A DNA stretch of 49,636 nucleotides from the IMG/VR virus record IMGVR_UViG_3300033987_000055; one strand, 5' to 3'. The notes below the pieces were generated by a model. It was not told the DNA's origin. It did not search any database and worked only from the letters and a program-made list of their open reading frames with translations. This DNA is from a virus. Positions 34,523-41,898 of this stretch are shown piece after piece. Every line of letters starts with the position of its first letter. Position 1 is the first letter of the stretch. The position numbers were made by a program, and so were the translations under genes.

Positions 34523-34700
34523 ATTTTCACCTGCCTTTCTACCATTTAGGGGAGGGGGTCATGCGGGAGAGCCCTGTGTGTTTTTTGTAGGTGGACACGT
34601 GGTATCCGTACAGCCGACACCGCTTTATTTATAGGGGGGTATGAGGTTTATCTCCCACTTCGGTATCTTATACACTATTATTTTGGGATTACTCACCACT
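34523..34700. other. Probable cos / packaging-initiation region
   Basis: 178-nt non-coding, locally GC-rich spacer (ggggagggggtcatgcgggagagccctgtgtg..) between the HNH endonuclease and terS. Confidence 0.5.
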
Positions 34701-35000
34701 TTACTTTATTTCTATCAAATCCCCATTGCTATCAAAAGTCAATCCCTCTCGTACTACTTCTTTTTCTTTTCTATTATGTTCGATGGAATGACAAGTTGCA
34801 CATAGTAATTCTAGATTATCCCAATTCAAAGTTATATCTGGATTATTTATATTCTCTGGTGTTAAATATATCTTGTGGTGTACTTCATCTCCTGGTTGTC
34901 CGCATCTCTCACATAATCCATATACTGATTGCTTATATGCTTCTCTACACTTCTTCCATGTTTTATTGTTATAAAACTTCCTTGCAAATTCTCTTGCCAT
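34701..35000 (-). CDS. HNH endonuclease (packaging-associated)
   Basis: CERCGQPGDEVHHKIYL..N..NLELLCATCHSIEH. Confidence 0.9.
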   Translation of the reverse strand: MAREFARKFYNNKTWKKCREAYKQSVYGLCERCGQPGDEVHHKIYLTPENINNPDITLNWDNLELLCATCHSIEHNRKEKEVVREGLTFDSNGDLIEIK

Positions 35001-35041
35001 ACAATCACTCCAATAAAAAAGACACTCAATTATGAACCTTT

Positions 35042-35812
35042 CTATATTAATGCTTTTGCCTCTCTTTCTATGCCATTTAGGATTATTTTGGGATATTTTG
35101 TACTGGTTGGAGCAAATCCTTTTTCTTCCCCATATCCTCCATATTTTAGAAAGGCGTTTGTATTGACAAAGAGTTGTTCTATCGCTGTTGCCTTTTCGTT
35201 TCTGTAATCCACTCGGTAAAATGTTTTTCTAAGTACCATAGGAACATGAGTATGGGAATGTATAAATACATCAGCGTCAATCACTTCTGCCATTTCAAAT
35301 AGTCTTATTGCTTTTGCTCCTACTTTTCTTCCTCCACCAGCACCATGTTTCCCGTATATGGCATAAGGCATCTTTCGGCAATTTCTTCCTTGGCTTTTGC
35401 CGAATTTTACGAATAATAGATATGCTCCCTCCGAATAAGAATCAAATATATCAAGTCTTTTTGCCACTTGGTACATAATAAGAATCCCATCTTGTTTATA
35501 AGTTCTATTTTCGTGATTCCCTTCTGTAATAACAAGAATTCGGTCTTTGATTGGTGCCAGTAACGATACCGTTTCATCTATCTGCTCATTAGGATTTAAT
35601 TCTTCAGCATATATATCACTTACTCCGTGCTTTACTGCGTTGTTTATTATGTCTCCGTTTACAATCACGTAACGATTTTCTTTTTCTAACACTTCATTTA
35701 TAAACTGTTTAAGTCTTTTCCTGTCATGCAAAGAGTCGCCTATATGCACATCTGCAAGCGGATATATCTCTAATGTTTCAAATTGAGGCAAGTCATGTTT
35801 TATAACTTTCAT
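35042..35812 (-). CDS. Calcineurin-like metallophosphoesterase
   Basis: Motifs DVHIGD, GDIINN, GNHE, HG(A)GGG, HSHTH. Confidence 0.8.
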   Translation of the reverse strand: MKVIKHDLPQFETLEIYPLADVHIGDSLHDRKRLKQFINEVLEKENRYVIVNGDIINNAVKHGVSDIYAEELNPNEQIDETVSLLAPIKDRILVITEGNHENRTYKQDGILIMYQVAKRLDIFDSYSEGAYLLFVKFGKSQGRNCRKMPYAIYGKHGAGGGRKVGAKAIRLFEMAEVIDADVFIHSHTHVPMVLRKTFYRVDYRNEKATAIEQLFVNTNAFLKYGGYGEEKGFAPTSTKYPKIILNGIEREAKALI

Positions 35813-36183
35813 AGCTGTACCCCGCTTTTTTCTTCCATGAGCTTTTTACAATTATGGAAGTTTATTTCGTACTCATCATAAAACACAAATATCGGTTTAC
35901 CTTTTTTCTTTGCATATTCCTTTTCTAACCTGCACCCTTCACTATCTCCATATATAAAAACAACATCTGCTATATCTATTAATTTGTAGCAGATGTTTAG
36001 GATTTTTTCTCTATCAGAATCATTATTATAAAAGCTAAACAAATGTAATGGGCTAATTGGAATGACTCCTTTTTTTACCCAATACTTGCATATCTTGTCT
36101 ACCTTTTTTCTGTTGCCTTCTGGGTCATTGGCGAATGGATGTGAAATAAAAGCATATTTGCCTTTTAGATCTTTTAGTTTCAT
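35809..36183 (-). CDS. Nucleoside 2-deoxyribosyltransferase-like / DUF4406-type protein
   Basis: 124 aa. The weak recognition rests on ..ISPLHLFSF....DIADVVFIYGDSEGCRLEKEYAKKKGKPI. Confidence 0.4.
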   Translation of the reverse strand: MKLKDLKGKYAFISHPFANDPEGNRKKVDKICKYWVKKGVIPISPLHLFSFYNNDSDREKILNICYKLIDIADVVFIYGDSEGCRLEKEYAKKKGKPIFVFYDEYEINFHNCKKLMEEKSGVQL

Positions 36184-36204
36184 ATTATCACCATCTTTTG
36201 ACTT

Positions 36205-36241
36205 ATAATAAGAAAGGACCTACTCAAATAGAGTAAGTCCT
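36205..36241 (-). terminator. Intrinsic terminator inside the late-operon leader
   Basis: AGGACTTACTC-tattt-GAGTAGGTCCT followed by TTCTTATTAT, about 20 nt before the first late ORF. Confidence 0.65.
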
Positions 36242-36392
36242 CCGCCCGCATACACGAGCCCCAGAGGGATTGCTCTTCTACCCAAATCGCTATACACGAT
36301 TTGTCCGCCTTTTCTACTCATGGCAGATAGGCTAAAGGCTCTCTCTGGTCCGCTTATATTAGCGTAGAGAGCTCTATTTATTTTTTCTCTAT
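36205..36392 (-). ncRNA. Structured about 185-nt leader RNA of the late operon
   Basis: GC-enriched and non-coding. Nested hairpins (GCTCTCT..AGAGAGC, CGCT-n6-AGCG, TCTGCC..GGCGGA, CAAATCG-n7-CGATTTG). Three GCGGA(C) motifs. Confidence 0.45.
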
Positions 36393-36398
36393 ATTAAC

Positions 36399-36443
36399 AT
36401 TATACCATATAGAATTTTTTGTGAGCGGACATAAAGCGGACAT
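36399..36443 (-). promoter_or_regulatory. Late promoter: extended -10 (TGGTATAAT) without a -35, preceded by two 9-bp direct repeats
   Basis: TATAAT at 36404..36399 and TG at 36407..36406. The repeat agcggacat occurs at 36424..36432 and 36435..36443 (11-bp phasing). Confidence 0.55.
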
Positions 36444-36895
36444 TATTCCAATACTTCTTCACCATATAGCCCTACTGCCAGTTTGCATATTGCCTCGGCT
36501 CTAATTCTTCTACAATGTCTTTCGCTGTATTTTACTTCATATGCTATTTGCCACCATTGGAACCCATGTATGTAATACATTACAATTATTCTTCTTTCAA
36601 CATCGTTTAATCCCGTTAATAGCTTATTTATCGTTTCTAACTTGCTTTCTAATTTTTCTTTTCTTTTTCTTAATAATTCCTCTGCTTCAATTTTTCTCAT
36701 AACTGTATCTTCTGTTTGACTATGGATTTTATTTGTTTTGCTTATGCTTGCTCCATCGAAGGAGATTGACGTTAATCCATCTTCTTCTTCTAATTCGCCT
36801 AATTGTTTATATATTATCTCTATGTTTAATTTTAGCATGTTATAGTTATATAATAGTTTTTCAACACTTTTATAATATTTATCCTTAATCTTCAT
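36443..36895 (-). CDS. ArpU/RinA-like late transcriptional activator (sigma-70 region-4-like HTH)
   Basis: C-terminal LNDVERRIIVMYYIHGFQWWQIAYEVKYSERHCRRIRAEAICKL. Positioned just upstream of the packaging genes. Confidence 0.7.
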   Translation of the reverse strand: MKIKDKYYKSVEKLLYNYNMLKLNIEIIYKQLGELEEEDGLTSISFDGASISKTNKIHSQTEDTVMRKIEAEELLRKRKEKLESKLETINKLLTGLNDVERRIIVMYYIHGFQWWQIAYEVKYSERHCRRIRAEAICKLAVGLYGEEVLE

Positions 36896-36896
36896 G

Positions 36897-37079
36897 TTAT
36901 TTATTCCTTTCTCTTGTTAATTTATCTATTTCTCCTCTTCGAAATAACCATATTTTCTTAATAGGTTCAAAATTTTGTGTTAAAATCAAATATCTAGCCT
37001 CATTTAATATTTCTGATGGAATATCAATATATATTTCTTTTGTATCAGAATTATAATTTATGCTAAATTTATCACTCAT
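36897..37079 (-). CDS. Hypothetical protein (60 aa)
   Basis: ORF track. Confidence 0.45.
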   Translation of the reverse strand: MSDKFSINYNSDTKEIYIDIPSEILNEARYLILTQNFEPIKKIWLFRRGEIDKLTRERNK

Positions 37080-37409
37080 CTATTCTCCTCTCCTTTCAGC
37101 CTCTATCTGACTTTGCAGCCAATCGATGTTTATTTTACATTCATAGATTCTTTGCATATTTGATTCATATAGAGATTCCTCAATATCTCTTTTCATTTTT
37201 AGATTCGCTATCTTTTCATCTCCTCGTGCAAGGTCATTTATAATTGATACTGGTATTCCATTTGCCCTTAATTCCAGTATTTTCTTTGCTAATTCTACCC
37301 TATAATCCTTTTCTGCCTCTGCTTTTGCTTTGCCTCGTGCTTTTATCTCATCTATAGCTTTATCAAGGTTTTGCCTATATTCGTTAAGTTCATTTATAAG
37401 GTCTTGCAT
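37080..37409 (-). CDS. Hypothetical coiled-coil protein (109 aa)
   Basis: ORF track. Confidence 0.5.
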   Translation of the reverse strand: MQDLINELNEYRQNLDKAIDEIKARGKAKAEAEKDYRVELAKKILELRANGIPVSIINDLARGDEKIANLKMKRDIEESLYESNMQRIYECKINIDWLQSQIEAERRGE

Positions 37410-37413
37410 ATTA

Positions 37414-37569
37414 TCACCTACTTAACATTTCACTTGAAATCCAATTTATTAACAATGATGTATAAAATAAGATTATACAAATTTTTATATTAATCTTACG
37501 TTTCAGGAATAATATAAGATTTACAATCCACAATATAACTGAAAACCAAAATAATACTTTCCATATCAT
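37414..37569 (-). CDS. Possible small membrane protein (51 aa)
   Basis: Not in the ORF track. Sequence MIWKVLFWFSVILWIVNLILFLKRKINIKICIILFYTSLLINWISSEMLSR. Confidence 0.4.
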   Translation of the reverse strand: MIWKVLFWFSVILWIVNLILFLKRKINIKICIILFYTSLLINWISSEMLSR

Positions 37570-37580
37570 TTTTTATCCCC

Positions 37581-37925
37581 CTATAAATATAATTTTCCTC
37601 CCATTAGTCTCCTGATAACATCTTCTCTTTTTATTCCTCTGTTTGGATGATGGTTTAACTTCTTAAATACTTTATATGCCTGTTGTGGTTTAAGTCCAAG
37701 CAACTCTATTAACTCATCTTCTGTGTAAAATTCTTTATCTAATATTTGTTCTAGCTTTTGCTGTAGTTCTTTCTTATATTTCAAGTCCACTTTTCTATTT
37801 CTGTGCGGACCATTTATTCCTCTGTGTTGTTCTGGAGTTAGATATTTGTAATTTAATTCAAAATCTAACCCGCCTTGTGAACGAAAAACTACACATGATG
37901 CTTTTCTAGCATCATTTAGCATCAT
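37581..37925 (-). CDS. Hypothetical protein (114 aa)
   Basis: ORF track. Confidence 0.55.
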   Translation of the reverse strand: MMLNDARKASCVVFRSQGGLDFELNYKYLTPEQHRGINGPHRNRKVDLKYKKELQQKLEQILDKEFYTEDELIELLGLKPQQAYKVFKKLNHHPNRGIKREDVIRRLMGGKLYL

Positions 37926-37937
37926 CTCCTTTCCTCA

Positions 37938-37982
37938 ATAAAAAAGGACACAGACTACACTTATCCGTGTATATCTGTGTCC
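37938..37982 (-). terminator. Rho-independent terminator about 70 nt downstream of 40-nt repeat copy 2
   Basis: GGACACAGA-n19-TCTGTGTCC followed by TTTTTTATT on the minus strand. Confidence 0.75.
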
Positions 37983-38052
37983 GCCAGTTGTCTGGTAGAA
38001 CTATTCTTCATACAAGACTGTATATTTACAAGTTACTCGCATAATTTGAGGA

Positions 38053-38092
38053 GTGAACTACCTCCACCTATAGAGGTGGTGGCTTCGTGGTC
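38053..38092 (-). repeat. 40-nt hairpin repeat, copy 2 (identical to 3219..3258)
   Basis: Read directly. Located in the 202-nt spacer between ORFs 38128..38397 and 37581..37925. Confidence 0.9.
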
Positions 38093-38127
38093 GTTGAATT
38101 ATTAATATATACTCATTATCCAAATTA

Positions 38128-38397
38128 CTACCTCCCTACTACTATCCATATTGGTGGTTTCTTTTTGCCTAATCTAATTTGAAAGAAATCTGGCTTATTA
38201 AGCTCTATAAATAGTTCTGACTTATTCTTTTTAACCCATGAAGTAGAAGGAACTAGCCCTAAATCTTTTAGTATTTTAGGCAAGAATCTTTCATTAGTGT
38301 ATAATGTTTTGTCTTGCCAAGATATATCATTTTCATCTTCTCCAAACAAATGATATAACTCTACTAATGGTTTACCTATTACTATGTTTTCAATCAT
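38128..38397 (-). CDS. Hypothetical protein (89 aa)
   Basis: ORF track. Confidence 0.5.
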   Translation of the reverse strand: MIENIVIGKPLVELYHLFGEDENDISWQDKTLYTNERFLPKILKDLGLVPSTSWVKKNKSELFIELNKPDFFQIRLGKKKPPIWIVVGR

Positions 38398-38698
38398 ATA
38401 ATCACCTTTTATAATTTTATTAAAAGAACAAATTTAAAGGCATATAATACTTGTAGTGGTAAACTCCTCACCAAAATATCTAAATCTAGATATATAACCT
38501 CTACTAGTGTTAATAACATAATATTGTTCATATTTTTCCATCATTTCAAATCTCCCTTTCTAATTGAATCATGATGCATTTTTTTGCATCATAATTCATT
38601 TTTTTATTTCAACTTCGCAACTCTTAATTATTGAATTAGCCAGTTTATTTTGCATTTTTTCTTTTTGCTTATCTGTTATATATAATCGCACATATTAA

Positions 38699-39028
38699 TT
38701 AACTCCTTTCTATAACTAATATAGCAGGATTAGCAACCCCATCGCCCTCATAATTATATTGTTTATTATGCCATTTTCGCAATTCTTCACCGTATTGCCA
38801 ACATTGAGACAGTATAGAAACTACTGCACCATACATAAAACCTGTAATTCCCTCTATATCTGCTTGATGAGATGTTGATTCTGCTATGTCTTCTAATTTA
38901 TACCCTTCTGTAATCTTTTCTTCCATTAGATTAGCCCATCTTTCAGCATATCTAAATACAGCAGAGCCATAAGGGTCAGTATTATTTGCTTTCCAATCTT
39001 CATAAACTTTGATATCTTTAACTTTCAT
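38699..39028 (-). CDS. Hypothetical protein (109 aa)
   Basis: ORF track. RBS GGGAGGAA. Confidence 0.55.
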   Translation of the reverse strand: MKVKDIKVYEDWKANNTDPYGSAVFRYAERWANLMEEKITEGYKLEDIAESTSHQADIEGITGFMYGAVVSILSQCWQYGEELRKWHNKQYNYEGDGVANPAILVIERS

Positions 39029-39166
39029 TTATAAAATTCCTCCCATCATAATAAATAATCTAATGCATATTGAATACCAAATCTGTCTAATAATTTTTGT
39101 CTATATTCTCTTATAAGCTCTTTTTCGTTAGCTGATTGATATATTTATCCCTTCTAGCTTTTTAAA

Positions 39167-39207
39167 TTTATAATATAATATCTCTATAGCTTACATTTTC
39201 CCTGCCC
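39167..39207 (-). repeat. Direct repeat flanking the Cas operon (downstream copy)
   Basis: tttataatataatatctctatagcttacattttccctgccc. About 36 of 41 aligned positions match 44004..44042. Confidence 0.8.
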
Positions 39208-39262
39208 TATGGTCAGTCTAATCCTTCTATTTCAACTATCCAATATTGTTTTTGCATTTTCC

Positions 39263-39982
39263 TTAATCCTCATAACAACATTTATCAAATTCAACTTTCT
39301 CTAATAGTCCCATTCCCTGCCCGCATCTTGAACCTAGTCCTGCATTATATGCTAACCTAATCAGATCTCTATCCCCTTCTAAAGCTATTAATCCAACATA
39401 ACCTCTATAAGTATCCTTCTTATATTTGAAATATTCTGGTCTATGAGATAGAATTTTTATTTTCACGTCTCTTGCTGGTAATTTCCCATAAAGTGCATAA
39501 TATTTTTCTATAAGATTTTCTCCTAATTTTACTTCCATTTCTCTGAGTTTCAGCCACTTTCCGTCAATCCTTGTAGCATACACTGGACTAACTGCTTGGA
39601 ATATTTCTGAATTAGTCAATGCAGGCTCTTTTATGTAACTTATGCTGTGTATATTGAAACTATATCCAAATAATTGGATGCTACCTATCTTCATTAACCC
39701 TTGCACAAATTTAATTACAGTCTCCTTTACTGCTGAAGAAAATACCAACGTAGCTATCCCTTTCTTTAAATGAAACTGTGCTATTCGCTTATTTTGACTA
39801 ATGTTATAAACAAAGAAAACATATTTTTTATAGCCTACTTTCTTATAGCCTTCATGCAATTTCGTTGCATATTCTTCATCAACTTCAGCTATAGCTCTAT
39901 AGATAAAAGCTGTCATTGCTTCATTTAAAGGACTATAGAAATCTAAATCTTTGTTTACTATAAAATTCACTTGTACTCTCAT
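39263..39982 (-). CDS. cas6: Cas6-family endoribonuclease
   Basis: 239 aa. Double-ferredoxin-like layout, ..ATKLHEGYKK..FVYNIS.., C-terminal glycine-rich loop AGLGSRCGQGMGLL. Confidence 0.75.
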   Translation of the reverse strand: MRVQVNFIVNKDLDFYSPLNEAMTAFIYRAIAEVDEEYATKLHEGYKKVGYKKYVFFVYNISQNKRIAQFHLKKGIATLVFSSAVKETVIKFVQGLMKIGSIQLFGYSFNIHSISYIKEPALTNSEIFQAVSPVYATRIDGKWLKLREMEVKLGENLIEKYYALYGKLPARDVKIKILSHRPEYFKYKKDTYRGYVGLIALEGDRDLIRLAYNAGLGSRCGQGMGLLEKVEFDKCCYED

Positions 39983-41141
39983 CTACATCCCCCCCTGGCA
40001 CTAAACATAATTCTGTTTCTTTTCTCCAATAAGGAGGTAAAATAGGATGTTGTCTAGCATAAATAGGAATTTGTTTCATCATCATTTCTTCTATTTTCCC
40101 TTTGCATTCCTCTGCTGGGATTGGTCTCATAAGCTTTCCGTCTTTCCATATACTCCAGTCTTCCTCAATTTCTTCAAATTCCCATTTGCCAACTTGACCA
40201 AAGCCCTGACTTCCCTTTTTGCCTAAATAGAAGATGTAATTTTCTAGCAATCTTTTTACTTCTTCCATATCCCCTCTAACATAAAAAGTAATGGTTTTGT
40301 AACTTTGTATTACAACAGGCATGTGGTAGTTTTTATAAAATCCTGCTCCTATATCTACCCTTTCCTTGCCTTTGCCGTTGAATTTTACTATATCATCATT
40401 TTTATCATCCCAGCGTTTACTCCAACTTGTTACGCTTTCTCTATGCTCCCCAATCCCAATACTGGTACAATATACTCCATATTTTCTATCTAGAATTGGA
40501 TCTAACATTGTTCTTATTTGTTCTTCAGTTCCAACTACATTTTTACCTGAATAAAATTCTTCTCCTAATATTTCTTTTGCTTTTGCTGCTGATATAATTG
40601 AATCTAATATAATTGGCTCTATCGTTGCTATTGGAGTTCTCATATGTGCTACTACTTTGAAGTTTTTAAACATATCAATCTCCCCTAATAATAATTTTTT
40701 ACTTTCAGGAAACCTAAGATATTTTTCATCCAGATCGTTAGTCCTGGTTCTGTCTAAAGCATCACAATCTTTAAACACCTTTAATAAATATACAGCAGTG
40801 TCCTTATCTACAATATAATTTTCTACTGCCTTTATTCCATTTCTGTCACTAATACAGTGATTTTCTATTATATACTTTACATATTCGTAATTTGGCATGT
40901 TTAGATGAAGATTATGTTTCTCCAATTTTTTAATACTCTTAAATCCATGCTTAGTGTCTGTTCCATTATGTTCTCGCCCTATATCATGATATAAGGCTGC
41001 ATTATATAATATCTGTCTTTGTACTGGACCTATATCTAACAATGTAGACAGCTTTGTTACATTTGCAAGTACCCTATAAGCATGTTCTGTTCCATGAATG
41101 CCATTTGCATCTTTAAAAAGTTGACCATACTCATTAAACAT
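39933..41141 (-). CDS. csf3: HD-domain phosphohydrolase fused to a Cas5/Csf3-like RAMP
   Basis: N-terminal H..HD..H..D motifs (HGTEHAYRV, LYHDIGREH, ENH, DCDALDR). C-terminal half has VVAHMRTPIATIEPIILDSIISAA and the G-rich loop LGKKGSQGFGQVG. Confidence 0.65.
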   Translation of the reverse strand: MFNEYGQLFKDANGIHGTEHAYRVLANVTKLSTLLDIGPVQRQILYNAALYHDIGREHNGTDTKHGFKSIKKLEKHNLHLNMPNYEYVKYIIENHCISDRNGIKAVENYIVDKDTAVYLLKVFKDCDALDRTRTNDLDEKYLRFPESKKLLLGEIDMFKNFKVVAHMRTPIATIEPIILDSIISAAKAKEILGEEFYSGKNVVGTEEQIRTMLDPILDRKYGVYCTSIGIGEHRESVTSWSKRWDDKNDDIVKFNGKGKERVDIGAGFYKNYHMPVVIQSYKTITFYVRGDMEEVKRLLENYIFYLGKKGSQGFGQVGKWEFEEIEEDWSIWKDGKLMRPIPAEECKGKIEEMMMKQIPIYARQHPILPPYWRKETELCLVPGGDVDESTSEFYSKQRFRFL

Positions 41142-41898
41142 ATTGCTTCACCTCTGGGAAAGCTTCTTCCAATTTTTTGTATAATTCTGGATAATTTAAT
41201 TTTAGAAAAACTGCTGTGCCTTGATGTAATAGATCTGTAGCTGTTACATAACCTAACCTTATCCAAGTGTTCCCGTTGACACATTTTTTAAAGTATATCG
41301 GGTGAATTGGTAAATTATATTTAACAAGTGTTGCTGCTACATCTTCTAACTTGTACCATAAAATTGGGTAGCAAACCTTACAATAAGTTGGTACATTTGT
41401 TTCAAAATTCATCCCATGTGCTCTTGCTGCTTTCATTCTTCTCTTGCTTTCATATGCTCTTACACCTATAAAAGCTAAGTCTTTCTTTTCGGATTCCACA
41501 AAATTTTTAATTGCATCAAAAAAATATCCTCGCTTACCAAACTGAACTTTGCTACCTTTTCCCACTACATCAAAAGCTGATACCGGAGACCAATCTATAA
41601 TAACTTCTCTACCTAGATGCTCTGCTGTTAATTTAATTATGTCTTCTGTGTGAGGGAATGAAGCATCCGACAAGTGTGCCCACATTACAAAATCCCTTCC
41701 CATCTCTTTGGCAACTTCATTAACTAGCCCAGCCATTGCTACACTATCTTTACCACCACTAATTGCTAGGTATGGATTTTTGCATCTTTCAAACGCTTCT
41801 CTAATTGCTTGCTTCGCTCTTTCTTCTTTTTTCTTGAAGGAAGATAGCTGCATAGCTACCTTCCCCATTTTTACTAAATCAATATTTCTAAAGTTCAT
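41134..41898 (-). CDS. PAPS-reductase/CysH-like PP-loop ATPase (type IV-B-associated cysH-like)
   Basis: PP-loop YLAISGGKDSVAM. No C-terminal ECG(L/I)H redox motif is visible. Confidence 0.8.
   Translation of the reverse strand: MNFRNIDLVKMGKVAMQLSSFKKKEERAKQAIREAFERCKNPYLAISGGKDSVAMAGLVNEVAKEMGRDFVMWAHLSDASFPHTEDIIKLTAEHLGREVIIDWSPVSAFDVVGKGSKVQFGKRGYFFDAIKNFVESEKKDLAFIGVRAYESKRRMKAARAHGMNFETNVPTYCKVCYPILWYKLEDVAATLVKYNLPIHPIYFKKCVNGNTWIRLGYVTATDLLHQGTAVFLKLNYPELYKKLEEAFPEVKQYV

Noticed and set aside
41057-41284. 75-aa minus-strand ORF overlapping the cysH/HD-cas5 junction. Similar alternative-frame ORFs occur at 18187..18390 and 5662..5910.
   Set aside because: They sit in alternative frames of genes with strong motif support, and have no RBS or coupling signals.
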